From: Actinomycetota bacterium
Lineage (GTDB): Bacteria > Actinomycetota > Acidimicrobiia > IMCC26256 > JACPCJ01
Direction: 5' to 3'
Length of the DNA: 64,000 bases
Assembly (NCBI GenBank): GCA_016179865.1
Contig: JACPCJ010000102.1
Location: 1,701-65,700, forward strand
The translations under genes and the position numbers were made by a program. Below the pieces are notes generated by a model. The model ran no database searches. It was not told the origin of the DNA and was given only the letters and a program-made list of their open reading frames with translations. Positions 20,244 through 29,352 of the stretch are shown one piece after another. The first letter of the stretch is position 1, and each line of letters begins with the position of its first letter.

Positions 20244-21448
20244 GAAGGCTCAGGCGGAAATGGAAGGGGCTCGGGGCCGCTGGCCTGCTGGTTCGGCTCA
20301 GGTGCCGGGCCGGGCTGACGTGTGAAGAACTTGCTCAGGGTTTCCTCCTGCTGCTGGTAGGAGGAACCGATTCCCTGTCCGTAGAGCGTCTCGGGGGGCT
20401 CGAGCATCCGCTCGAAGGTCAACTTACAAACCCGCTGTCCATGCTCGATCATGAACGGGACGTCGTGGGCACGGACTTCGAGGGCTGCTCGGGAACCCGT
20501 GAAGCTGCCCTCTGGGTCAAACCCGAAGCCCGGGTCGAAGAACCCTGCATAGTGGGTACGGAGTTCGCCGCTCGTCGGGTCGTAGGCGGTCATCTCCGAA
20601 GCGAGGGTCGGTGGAATCGACACTGCCTCCTCTGACATGAGGAGGTAGAACTGATGCGCTGAGAGCACGACGCGGTCGCCGTCCTCGTTGCTCACTGCAT
20701 CCCAGTACGGATCTGGCGCAACGGCTCGCGCTGTGGTGAGGTCCAGCAGCGGTGCGTTGTCGCGTGCTCGATAGCCCACGTGTCCTGACCGGCCGCGCAG
20801 GTCCAGGGTGAGGAAGAGCCCATCCGACAGCGCCAGCTCGTCAGCCGGGATCGGCATCCCGCGTCGGAAGATCAGCGGCTCTTCTCCGTGCGAGTCACGG
20901 ACCTCGTCGTCCGTGAGTTGGCTGCGACCCAGGGAGAGCCGAAGCTGGTTCAGCGTGAGGTCTTCACGCACCCTGATGGCGAAGGACAGAGGCACGACCT
21001 CGAGATACAGGCCTCCTTCGTAGCCCGAAGCCACCTCGTCGAAGCGATCGCTCTCGTCGGTTATGACTCGGGTGAAGACGTCGAGGCGCCCGGTCGAGCT
21101 CTTCGGATTCGCCTTGGCACGCATTTCTGCTGGCAACGCGAGTCGTTCCTTCAATGGAATGAGGTACGGACGGTTGGTCTCGAGAACGACTCCCTCGCGA
21201 TGGAGGTCGAGTTCGTCGATCACATAGTCCTTGAGCTTTCGTTCAACACTCTGTGCACCCGGCAGGAAACTGCAGCGGATTCGATAGGCAACCTCTCCGA
21301 GGCGAAGGTCGAGGCTCGCTGGCTGGATGTTCTCCTCGGGAATTCTGAAATCACCCGCGTGGATCACACCCGCGTCGATCGCTTGCGCGAGATGCTGGCT
21401 CGGCAGAACTCCTCGTCCTTCGGGTGGAAGCACCAGGACCGCGGACAC
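20240..21448 (-). CDS. Long-form 2'-deoxycytidine 5'-triphosphate deaminase-like protein (DCD family, tandem dUTPase-like fold)
   Basis: 402 aa. N-terminus GVLPSQHLAQAIDAGVI...IQPASLDLRLGEVAYR, and the overall length and pattern match my recollection of Pfam DCD (PF06559). Visibly lower GC than its neighbours. Confidence 0.65.
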   Translation of the reverse strand: MSAVLVLPPEGRGVLPSQHLAQAIDAGVIHAGDFRIPEENIQPASLDLRLGEVAYRIRCSFLPGAQSVERKLKDYVIDELDLHREGVVLETNRPYLIPLKERLALPAEMRAKANPKSSTGRLDVFTRVITDESDRFDEVASGYEGGLYLEVVPLSFAIRVREDLTLNQLRLSLGRSQLTDDEVRDSHGEEPLIFRRGMPIPADELALSDGLFLTLDLRGRSGHVGYRARDNAPLLDLTTARAVAPDPYWDAVSNEDGDRVVLSAHQFYLLMSEEAVSIPPTLASEMTAYDPTSGELRTHYAGFFDPGFGFDPEGSFTGSRAALEVRAHDVPFMIEHGQRVCKLTFERMLEPPETLYGQGIGSSYQQQEETLSKFFTRQPGPAPEPNQQASGPEPLPFPPEPS

Positions 21449-21513
21449 GGATTGGAGACTAGCGGGAGGCGGTGGGAGCGGCTCTCGCTGTCCTCGCTAG
21501 TCTCGGCGGCGGC

Positions 21514-21584
21514 GCGGGCGTAGTTCAGAGGCAGAACGTCAGCTTCCCAAGCTGAAAGCGGGGGTTCGATTCCCCTCGCCCGCT
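21514..21584 (+). tRNA. tRNA-Gly (anticodon CCC), no encoded CCA
   Basis: Hand-folded cloverleaf: acceptor GCGGGCG/CGCCCGC, D arm GTTC-AGAGGCA-GAAC, anticodon arm TCAGC-TTCCCAA-GCTGA, T arm GGGGG-TTCGATT-CCCCT, discriminator T. Confidence 0.85.
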
Positions 21585-21638
21585 CGATACTGTTCCGGGG
21601 GGCCTGGGCCGAATGGCCGAGTAGGAGCGAGCGAGTCG

Positions 21639-23168
21639 ATGGCGGAGAGTTTCGAGGGGAGGGGAACGCGCGCCGACGAGTTCGACGTTGACGCCTTCCT
21701 TCCCGACCTCACGGAGTTCGAGCCCGAGCTCGCCGACTTCCTCGACCTATCCGGTCCGCCGCCCGAGCCCCTCGTCATCGCCGACGCCACGGCATCGCCC
21801 GTGGTGGAACCCGCCTCACCCTCGCAGCCCGAATTCGCCGCTGACGCGCCCGCTCGCCCGGACACCGCTCCGCCGCTGCCGGTCGACGATCCCCTCGAAG
21901 TTCCCGACTTCCTCTTGGCTCCAGAACCGGACCCCGAGCCGGACCCCGAGCCGCCGCTCGCGTCCCTCGCTCCCGAACTCTTCGATCCACTCGCGCTCGA
22001 CATCGCCCGGGAAGAGACCGACACGCGGCCGGCAGCCAACGAAGCCGCGGAGCCCGAAGAGAGCCCTGAGCCCGAAGAGAGCCCTGAGCCCGAAGAGCCG
22101 GAGCCGCCCCGCCTCCCCATCGTTCCCATCGGCGAGCTGGACGGATTTGCTCAGCAGGTGGCCTCGACGCTCGGGGCGCAGGTTCCCGCCGAGCTCGTCG
22201 ACGAATCGCCGCCGACGCCCGAGGTCGGCGGCGGGCTCGGCCTTCCTGCCGGTCCGCCTGCACCCCCGGAGGTCGAGGTCGCCGCTCCGGCACCGCTGAC
22301 GGCCGCACCCGCGGAGACCGTCACCCCGGTGGCCTCGGTCGAGCGCCTGGGTCCGTCGCCGTGCGTCGAGCCCGCACCAGCTCCCCCCAGCGACACCGCC
22401 CCGGCGTGGCGCCGCCACGCCGTCCGGGCCGTCACCGTGGTCGCGGCGGTGGGCGCCGTCGCCGCGCTTCTCGCCACCAACCCTCTCCGGGATGACGGAG
22501 GCAAGAGTGCGGAGCGGTCCAGCTCTTCGGTGGCGGCGCCGGGGCCGGCCGCCGCCGAGGTCGACCCCAACGTCAACTTCGTGGCCGAAGCCGCCCTACC
22601 CTTGGTCGACGTCTACGACTCTCGAGACGACGCCCGTCCGTCGGTGTCGCTGGAACACCCGACCGCCGTCGGCGGTCCGCTCGTATTCCTCGTCCGTCAG
22701 CAACGGGGCGACTGGCTCGAGGTCTTCCTCCCGACCGACCCCAACGGCAGCACGGGATGGATCAAGACCAGCCAGGTCCAGTTGTCGAAGCACGAGTTCA
22801 AGATCGTGGTGCGGCGCCAGGCCCATCGCCTCGAGCTGTACGAGGGCGGTGAGCAGACGCTCGCCGTGGGGGTTGCCATCGGAACTCGCGACACTCCCGA
22901 CCCGGGCCAGACCTTCTTCCTGAAGGAACTCTTGAAACCCCCGAACGCCGACACCCTCTACGGCAACTTCGCCTTCGGGCTGTCGGGCTTCTCGAACTCA
23001 CTCGACGGCTTCAACAGTGGCGAAGGGGTCATCGGCATCCACGGCACCAACGACCCGACCGTGATCGGCCAAGACGTGCCCGACGGCTGCATTCGGGTAA
23101 CGAACGAGGACATGTCGAAGCTTGAGGGCAAGCTCCCCCTCGGCACCCCCGTCGAGATTCGGCCCTGA
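21639..23168 (+). CDS. L,D-transpeptidase (YkuD domain) with long Pro/Glu-rich N-terminal region and one TM
   Basis: C-terminus ...GVIGIHGTNDPTVIGQDVPDGCIRVTNEDM (the H...GC catalytic motif). Start uncertain. Confidence 0.8.
   Translation: MAESFEGRGTRADEFDVDAFLPDLTEFEPELADFLDLSGPPPEPLVIADATASPVVEPASPSQPEFAADAPARPDTAPPLPVDDPLEVPDFLLAPEPDPEPDPEPPLASLAPELFDPLALDIAREETDTRPAANEAAEPEESPEPEESPEPEEPEPPRLPIVPIGELDGFAQQVASTLGAQVPAELVDESPPTPEVGGGLGLPAGPPAPPEVEVAAPAPLTAAPAETVTPVASVERLGPSPCVEPAPAPPSDTAPAWRRHAVRAVTVVAAVGAVAALLATNPLRDDGGKSAERSSSSVAAPGPAAAEVDPNVNFVAEAALPLVDVYDSRDDARPSVSLEHPTAVGGPLVFLVRQQRGDWLEVFLPTDPNGSTGWIKTSQVQLSKHEFKIVVRRQAHRLELYEGGEQTLAVGVAIGTRDTPDPGQTFFLKELLKPPNADTLYGNFAFGLSGFSNSLDGFNSGEGVIGIHGTNDPTVIGQDVPDGCIRVTNEDMSKLEGKLPLGTPVEIRP
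22050..22097 (+). repeat. 18-nt tandem repeat, 2.7 copies (gagcccgaagagagccct), encoding EPEESP repeats
   Basis: Direct reading of the sequence. In frame within the L,D-transpeptidase N-terminal region. Confidence 0.9.
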
Positions 23169-23194
23169 ACTTCTACGACCAGGTTCTGCGTGAG

Positions 23195-23380
23195 TTGGTC
23201 GCCGCCGTGGGCGGCGCGCTCTGCCTCGGCAACGTGCTGGCGCTCGTGCGCCGCCGGCGCGAGGGCGAGGAGGCCGGCAACGACGACCTCGCAAGGGCGC
23301 CCGTGGCCCGCACGGTGGCGTACGCAGCGATCGGCTTCGTGGTCATGCTCGCCGGGATCGGCTCGCTCGTCGCCACCTGA
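23195..23380 (+). CDS. Possible small membrane protein (61 aa, two hydrophobic segments)
   Basis: ORF only, with a TTG start. Weak support. Confidence 0.25.
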   Translation: MVAAVGGALCLGNVLALVRRRREGEEAGNDDLARAPVARTVAYAAIGFVVMLAGIGSLVAT

Positions 23381-23393
23381 CCAGCGGGTCGCG

Positions 23394-26222
23394 TCAGGTG
23401 GAAAAGCCGCCGACAACCTCGGCCGGGCCGATGCCCCGCCCTTCGGCTCGCAGGCCCGGCACCGAGCCGTAGTACTTGGAAGACCCGAAGGCGAACAACC
23501 CGCCGGCGTCGTCGATCATGACGTAGCCGGCTCCGTTGTCGGTGGAGAAGCCGCCGATCACCTGGGCTGGGCCAATGCGATGGCCAGCCTCCCGCAGGGC
23601 CGGGACCGACCCGCGGAACTGGGCTGTGCCGAAGGCGAAGAGGCCGCCCACGTTGTCGATCATGACGTAGCCGTCGGTCCCGGTCGAGAAGCCGCCGATG
23701 ATGGTGGCGGGCCCGATCCGGTACCCGGCGTTACGGAGGGCGGGCACGGAGCCGAGGAACTTCGCCGACCCGAAGGCGAAGAGGCCGCCCACGTTGTCGA
23801 TCATGACGTAGCCCTGACCACCGTCGACCGGGAACCCGCTGACGATCTTGGCCGGCCCGATGGGCTGGGTCTTGCGCAGGTCGGGGACCGATCCGAGGTA
23901 CGGCGCCGAGCCGAAAGTGTGGACTCCTCCGCCGTCGTCGATCAGCACGTATCCGGCGCCGTCGCCGGTGGCGAAGCCGGCCACGACCTTCACCGCCCCC
24001 ATGAGCTTGGCCTGGACCCGGTCGTACACCGACCCGAGGTTTTGGGCCCTGCCGAACGGAAAGACCCGGCCCTCGTCGTCATAGGCGATGTAGCCGTCGC
24101 CGCCGTGGGTCGGGAATGCGCCAACGATCTTGCTCGACGTAACGCTCGGGTTGGCCTGCTTCAGGCCGGGCACGCTGCCGAGGAACGGGGCGCTGCCAAA
24201 GCTGAACAGACCGCCCTTGTCGTCGATGAGGACGTACCCCTTGCTGCTCGTATCCGGAGCCGGAGCCGGACTCGGGGCCGGGCTCGATGACGGCGGCGCG
24301 GTGGTGGTCGTGGTTGTTGTGGTGGCGGTCTCCTTCTCGGAGGACGGAGCGGGCGTCGGTGACGTGGGCGGGACGAAGGCTGGCTGCGGGGGACACGAGT
24401 CCGACCCACCTCCGGTACTGGGCGACCGACTGACGTCAACCGTGTACGAACCCGCGCCCGAGTACGAGTTGACCCGCAGCGTGTACGTCCCCGTTGTCGT
24501 CGGCTGGTATCCGAACCATTCCTGTCGAGCGACGCCGTCGGCCGTTGCCACCACCGAACCGCTCGGGTTTCGGAGGGTCATATCGAGGTCCGGGTTCGTG
24601 CCGCTACCGCCCATAAGCAGTGTCACGGCAAGCGGCCACGTGGTGTCAGGGATCGAGATCGAAAAGTCATCGAAATCGTTCGTACCTGAGACGGAGCCAG
24701 ATGCGGAGGTGTGGGTCGGTAGCGAGGGGGCCGCGCAGCTCAGAGGATCGGCTGCGTTCACGGCGGCATGCGCATCGAGTCGGCCCGAGCCGTAGTCGTT
24801 GTCAGCCCCGGCCGGGCCCCAGTCGACGGCCGTGCCGGTGAGGGTGCTCTTCACCTGGGCAGGCGTCAGTGACGGGTTGGCGTCCAGCATCAGCGCAGTC
24901 ACCCCGGCCACAAACGGCGAGGCCATGGAGGTACCGCTCAGAACTCTGTAGGAGTCGCCCGGCTTGGCTGCGTAGATGTCAACGCCCGCCGCAGCAAGGT
25001 CGGGTTTTACACGCCCGTCGCTTGTGGGCCCTCGGCTAGAGAAATCGGCGAGCGAAAACCCGAGCGGGTCTCCCCCGTCCACATCCCTCGGGTCGGTCAT
25101 GGCTCCGACCGTGATGGCGTCCCGGGCCACCCCGGGCTCGCCAACCGTATTGCTCGCCGGGCCGGTGTTCCCAGCCGCCACCACCACGGTGATGCCGTTC
25201 GCCACCGCCAGATCGACCATCTGTGAGGTCGAGTCGGTCCCGTCGCCGTTCCAGGTATTTCCGAGACTGAGGTTGATGACCTCGATCCCGTAGGTCGCCT
25301 TGTTGTTGATCACCCACTGGATGCCAGCGTCAACGTCGCAGGTCGAGCCACTCCCCGACCCGCTCAGGACCTTCACGCCCACCAGGGCGGCCCCGGGCGC
25401 CACGCCGACTGCCGCCGAAGAAAGCTGCCCCTCACCGGCGGCGATCGACGACACGTGGGTACCGTGCCCGTTGTTGTCGTAGGCCGACGTCATCGTCGGG
25501 TTCGTCGTACACGTCGTGCCGTCGGCGGTGAAGTCGGCGAAGGCGAGCACCTTGCCAACGTCGAGGTCGTCGTGATTGCCGTCGATCCCGGTGTCGATGA
25601 CGGCGATCACGACGTCGTTCTTCGAGTATGAGGACGCTCCGTCAGTGTTGCCGTTCACCGGGAAGTCGAGCCGCGCCTCCCGCACGCCGAACTCGGTGGT
25701 GGCCGTGTCGAGGGTGGCGTGCATCTCGGCGTTGGGCTGGACTGCCACAACATCCGTACGCGCCGCGAGCTCCTCGATCTGGTCAGGCGTCAGCGAGGCC
25801 GCGTAGGCGTCGAGGGTGCCGTAGCGCATGTCGACGTCAAACTCACCGACGTCCTCGTGCTGGTCGTCGATGACACCGGTCGTGGGCCGGCGGTCGAGCA
25901 GGACAATGGCGTCGAGGGTCTCGTGCGCGGGCGCGGAATCGAGCTGTTCGTCGAGGGAGTCGACGACGTCGTTGCCGTCCCGGTCGACCGGGTCGCTCTT
26001 CGAACTCGGCGTGTCGTCGCCGCGGTCCGCCGCCACCGCGGGGGAGGGCAGGATGGCGAGCGCGGGCGCGACCAGAAGCGCTGCCGCGATCGCGCGCAGC
26101 AGCGGGTACGTACCGAACGATCGGATCCGCTCCACAGCTACGCGAATGATCGGCTCGCCCCCCAGTCGGATTGAACGGTAGGCGGGCACAATCCGGGCGT
26201 CTCGTCGACCCCCCGCGTTCAC
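23394..26222 (-). CDS. Secreted subtilisin-like serine protease (S8) with PPC-like domain, Thr/Pro linker and six C-terminal ~47-aa repeats
   Basis: Catalytic triad motifs VIDTGID, HGTHVSS and SGTSMASPFVAG. Signal-like LLRAIAAALLVAPALA. The start may instead be the GTG at 26135. Confidence 0.9.
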   Translation of the reverse strand: MNAGGRRDARIVPAYRSIRLGGEPIIRVAVERIRSFGTYPLLRAIAAALLVAPALAILPSPAVAADRGDDTPSSKSDPVDRDGNDVVDSLDEQLDSAPAHETLDAIVLLDRRPTTGVIDDQHEDVGEFDVDMRYGTLDAYAASLTPDQIEELAARTDVVAVQPNAEMHATLDTATTEFGVREARLDFPVNGNTDGASSYSKNDVVIAVIDTGIDGNHDDLDVGKVLAFADFTADGTTCTTNPTMTSAYDNNGHGTHVSSIAAGEGQLSSAAVGVAPGAALVGVKVLSGSGSGSTCDVDAGIQWVINNKATYGIEVINLSLGNTWNGDGTDSTSQMVDLAVANGITVVVAAGNTGPASNTVGEPGVARDAITVGAMTDPRDVDGGDPLGFSLADFSSRGPTSDGRVKPDLAAAGVDIYAAKPGDSYRVLSGTSMASPFVAGVTALMLDANPSLTPAQVKSTLTGTAVDWGPAGADNDYGSGRLDAHAAVNAADPLSCAAPSLPTHTSASGSVSGTNDFDDFSISIPDTTWPLAVTLLMGGSGTNPDLDMTLRNPSGSVVATADGVARQEWFGYQPTTTGTYTLRVNSYSGAGSYTVDVSRSPSTGGGSDSCPPQPAFVPPTSPTPAPSSEKETATTTTTTTTAPPSSSPAPSPAPAPDTSSKGYVLIDDKGGLFSFGSAPFLGSVPGLKQANPSVTSSKIVGAFPTHGGDGYIAYDDEGRVFPFGRAQNLGSVYDRVQAKLMGAVKVVAGFATGDGAGYVLIDDGGGVHTFGSAPYLGSVPDLRKTQPIGPAKIVSGFPVDGGQGYVMIDNVGGLFAFGSAKFLGSVPALRNAGYRIGPATIIGGFSTGTDGYVMIDNVGGLFAFGTAQFRGSVPALREAGHRIGPAQVIGGFSTDNGAGYVMIDDAGGLFAFGSSKYYGSVPGLRAEGRGIGPAEVVGGFST
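23397..24245 (-). repeat. Six in-frame ~141-nt repeats encoding GYVxIDxxGGLFxFGSAxFLGSVPxLR... modules
   Basis: Repeats read from the translation. An identical 44-nt core occurs at 23629-23672 and 23770-23813. Confidence 0.85.
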
Positions 26223-26276
26223 GAACTTTGTGTCTTTCCCCGGCTATAGCGCACATAGGGATCCAAAGTTTGCGGA

Positions 26277-27329
26277 TTACACCGCCGGAGTGGGGCTGGG
26301 CGTGGGAGCCGGTGTGCGGCGGCGCAGCGCTCGCCACAGGGCCAAGCCGGGGAGCCCGACGATCACACTCAACGGCAACAGCGCGCCGAGCACCACGATG
26401 GTGCCGCCGATCACGTTGACCCCCGCGTCCCACGCCGTCCCCCACGCCTTCGAGAGGCTGGGGCTGCCGTCGTCCTCGGGCTTGGCCGGAGCGCCGGGTA
26501 CCCGGATCTCAAGGGAAATGGTCGAGAACCCGGTGCGGTCGTCGAGGTAGCGGATGCGGCCTTCGAGCTGCTCGATCGTCTGCTGGATGGACGACAGCTC
26601 GCGCCGCACCTCGACCGTCTCGGCCACGCTGTTGGCCTTCCCGAGCAACTCGATGAAGACGGCCTCTTGCGCCTTCCAGTGCTGGAGGCGGGCGTCGAGG
26701 GCGACGTACTCCTCGGTCACGTCCTGGCCGCTGACCCCCTCGTCCTTAACCTTGCCGAGGCCGCGCAACCGGGTGAGGGTGTCCTCGAAACGGTCGGCGG
26801 GGACCCGAACGGTGAGCGACGCCCGGCTGCGGCTCACCTCGGAACTCTGGACGAACCCACCGGCGGTTTCGACCGCCCGGAGGGCCTTGTCGTGGGCCCG
26901 TTCGAAGCCGTCCTTGCCCACGTCCACCGACAGGGTGGCGCTCTTCACCACCTGCCCGGCGTCGACCGGCGGCAAGGATTCGGGTGCGCCAGCCTCCTCA
27001 CTGATGACGGCTTGCGGCACGCCTGAGCTACCGCCTCCGGCGGCGGCGGGGGCCGCCATCACCGCTGAAGACTGCGCGGGCACCGGCATGGGAGCCTCGT
27101 CGACCGCGTATCCACCGGCGCCGAGATCCTCGAGGGGGGTGAAGGCCTGTGCCGACGAACCACCTCCGCCAACGGCATCAACGGCGACCCCGCCGCTGCT
27201 CCCGTAGAGCTGGGGTTCCGGCCCGTCGTCCCCGAGCGTCATCGCTCCCACGACGCCACCGACGGCCAAGAGCGCCGACGCCCCGGCCAGCACCGTCCTT
27301 CCCTTCCGAGTCTTCGGGACCAACCGCAT
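26277..27329 (-). CDS. DUF4349-like protein (N-terminal anchor, coiled-coil, C-terminal TM pair)
   Basis: ATG at 27329 with GGAGG 6 nt upstream. ...TLSVDVGKDGFERAHDKA...LDARLQHWKAQEAVFIELL...YLDDRTGFSTISLEI matches my recollection of DUF4349. Same strand as the S8 protease, directly upstream of it. Confidence 0.7.
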   Translation of the reverse strand: MRLVPKTRKGRTVLAGASALLAVGGVVGAMTLGDDGPEPQLYGSSGGVAVDAVGGGGSSAQAFTPLEDLGAGGYAVDEAPMPVPAQSSAVMAAPAAAGGGSSGVPQAVISEEAGAPESLPPVDAGQVVKSATLSVDVGKDGFERAHDKALRAVETAGGFVQSSEVSRSRASLTVRVPADRFEDTLTRLRGLGKVKDEGVSGQDVTEEYVALDARLQHWKAQEAVFIELLGKANSVAETVEVRRELSSIQQTIEQLEGRIRYLDDRTGFSTISLEIRVPGAPAKPEDDGSPSLSKAWGTAWDAGVNVIGGTIVVLGALLPLSVIVGLPGLALWRALRRRTPAPTPSPTPAV

Positions 27330-27397
27330 CGTGAACCTCCTGTGCCCCGGCGCCTCCCGAGCGGGAGGCGCGCTCTGCACCAATTGACGGTCCGTGG

Positions 27398-28270
27398 GTG
27401 GAGAAAGTTCCCGTAAGGTCCGTCCCCTTGGCCGTGCTCTTGGGACTGGTGGCCGCGGGCGCCTTCGGGGCCGCCGACTTCCTCGGAGGCCTCCTCTCGC
27501 GCCGGTCGCCGGCCACGGCAGTCCTCATCCCCGTGCAGGTGACCGGGCTCACCCTGGCGCTGGTGCTGGCCTTCGCCGACGACACGCCGGTCCCCGCCGG
27601 GTCCGACCTCGGCCTGGCGATGGCCGGAGGCGTCGTCGGCATGACGTCGTTGGGCGTGCTCTACCAGGCGCTGGCGAGCGGTCGCATGGGGGTGGTGGCG
27701 CCGGTGAGTGCAGTCCTCACCGCCGTCCTGCCCGTGGCGTGGGCCCTCCTCCACGGCGAGCGCCCCAGCAGCCTCGCCTTCATCGGGGTGGCCCTCGCCG
27801 TGGTGGCCGTCGCCCTCGTCGCCCGTGAGCCCGAGACGGTGGAGGCCCTGGGCCACGGGGTCGCCCGCCCCGTCCTGCTCGCCGCCGGCGCCGGCGTCGG
27901 CTTTGGTGTCGTCGTGATCGTCTTCTCCGAGGTGGCGGACGGCAGCGGCTTCTGGCCCCTCGTGTTCGTGCGGCTCGGAGGCGTGTCGGTGGTCGGCGGC
28001 GCGCTCCTCGCCACCCGACGCCTGACGCTCCCCCGTCGCGCCGACAGACCCGCGGTGCTCCTGGCCGGCGTGCTCGATCTGACCGGCAACGCCGCCATCA
28101 TCCAAGGCTTTCGGGAGGGGCTCACGTCCATCGTGGCCCCGGTCGGCGCCTTGTTCCCGGCCGCCACCGTGCTCCTGGCCCGGGTGGTGCTCGACGAGCG
28201 CCTGACCCGCACCCAGCTCGCGGGCCTCGCCGTGGCGCTGGCCGGGCTCGTGCTCATCGGCGCCGGCTGA
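27398..28270 (+). CDS. EamA/DMT family transporter
   Basis: 290 aa, about 10 TM segments, two-fold internal repeat pattern. Confidence 0.75.
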   Translation: MEKVPVRSVPLAVLLGLVAAGAFGAADFLGGLLSRRSPATAVLIPVQVTGLTLALVLAFADDTPVPAGSDLGLAMAGGVVGMTSLGVLYQALASGRMGVVAPVSAVLTAVLPVAWALLHGERPSSLAFIGVALAVVAVALVAREPETVEALGHGVARPVLLAAGAGVGFGVVVIVFSEVADGSGFWPLVFVRLGGVSVVGGALLATRRLTLPRRADRPAVLLAGVLDLTGNAAIIQGFREGLTSIVAPVGALFPAATVLLARVVLDERLTRTQLAGLAVALAGLVLIGAG

Positions 28271-28273
28271 CGT

Positions 28274-28330
28274 TCTGAAACTGGACCTCTCGCTCCACAG
28301 AAGATGTGGAGCGAGAGGTCCAGTTTCAGA
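28274..28330. terminator. Perfect 26-bp-arm palindrome at a convergent junction
   Basis: tctgaaactggacctctcgctccaca-gaaga-tgtggagcgagaggtccagtttcaga. The hydrolase stop (28326-28328) lies in the right arm. Confidence 0.6.
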
Positions 28331-29189
28331 TCACCTCGTCGAGGAAATCGGCGATGAGGCTGACGGTGGAGCGCGGGTTGTCGCCGACGGCGAGGTGGCC
28401 GGCGGCGTCAACGGTCGCCAGGCGGGCGTCGGGGATCAACTTCACGAAGGCGTCGGCCCCCTCGTCGGACAGCACGTCGGAACGGGCACCTCGGATCAGG
28501 AGCACCGGGCACGCCAACTCCCTGGCGTCGCCTTCCACACCTTCGAGGAGGCTCTGCCAGTTCGACTCGGTGATCGACCCCCGGTCGCGCAGGGCCCGCC
28601 CGTAGCCGTGCTTCCAGACCCAGCGCCCGTCTTCGCGCTGGCGCAGGTTCCGGGTCAGCCGCTGCGGAGTGACGTCGGTGCGCTGCGGGAGGTATTCGCG
28701 AATGGCAGCCGCCGCCTCGTCCAGCGACCCGAAACTCTCATGGGCCCGCAGGAACTCGATGATCCGCAGGACACCGTCCTCCTCGAGTTGGTGGCCGATG
28801 TCGATGAGGGCGACGGCCGCGACCCGCTCGGGATGCGCGGCACCGACGGTGATCGAGACGACGCCGCCGAGCGACGCTCCCACGAACGCGGGGCGGGCAA
28901 GGCCGAAGTGGTCGAGGAGCGGCGGGATGGTGGCGGCGATGACGTGTCGATCCATGTCGGGGACGGCGTCGGAGTCACCGTGGGCGGGGAGGTCGGGAGC
29001 GATCACGTGGTAGCGGCCGCCTACGGCCGCTCCGAGTTCCTCGTACATGTAGGCGGTCTGGCCGCCGCCGTGGAGGCACAGCACCGGAGGGAGGCCCCCG
29101 TGGCCCCACTCGAGGTAGTGCACTTGGCGTCCCTCGACCAGGGTGAACCCGCTGCGACCACCCCCCGCCGGAACGTCGTGGCGAGGCAC
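28326..29189 (-). CDS. Alpha/beta hydrolase fold protein
   Basis: HYLEWGHGGLPPVLCLHGGGQ, nucleophile elbow GASLGG, and a C-terminal AGH. I prefer the GTG start at 29189 over the ATG at 29354. Confidence 0.8.
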   Translation of the reverse strand: MPRHDVPAGGGRSGFTLVEGRQVHYLEWGHGGLPPVLCLHGGGQTAYMYEELGAAVGGRYHVIAPDLPAHGDSDAVPDMDRHVIAATIPPLLDHFGLARPAFVGASLGGVVSITVGAAHPERVAAVALIDIGHQLEEDGVLRIIEFLRAHESFGSLDEAAAAIREYLPQRTDVTPQRLTRNLRQREDGRWVWKHGYGRALRDRGSITESNWQSLLEGVEGDARELACPVLLIRGARSDVLSDEGADAFVKLIPDARLATVDAAGHLAVGDNPRSTVSLIADFLDEVI

Positions 29190-29352
29190 GAAGTGATCCT
29201 CGAAGGCGGCGGCCAATTGTCCTCCCGCCGGCTCCGCCGGCTCCTCCGCAGGCTGGGGGCCCCTGCCCCAGCCGCATCCGTATGCGGTCGAGACGTTACC
29301 GGCCGTCGAAGGACCTGACGGAGCCGTCAGGTTCTGCCATGATGCGGCGGCC

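Noticed and set aside
19950-21600. Possible integrated mobile element or prophage remnant at tRNA-Gly.
   Set aside because: There is no integrase, transposase or phage gene, and I saw no direct repeat of the tRNA 3' end. I report only a compositional islet, as a finding.
21539-22129. 196-aa Ser/Gly-rich minus-strand ORF.
   Set aside because: It overlaps the tRNA and is antisense to the Pro/Glu-rich N-terminal region of the L,D-transpeptidase, so it is a low-complexity mirror artefact.
23397-24245. Regular ~141-nt periodicity (and ~288-nt periodicity at 61130-62300) considered as a possible CRISPR or non-coding tandem array.
   Set aside because: The repeats are in frame within long ORFs, lack unique spacers of constant length, and translate to coherent protein repeats.
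26223-26276. AT-richer 54-nt gap upstream of the S8 protease with a 7-bp inverted repeat (aactttg ... caaagtt).
   Set aside because: It is too short and degenerate to distinguish from chance. A promoter is likely here, but I cannot define it from sequence alone.
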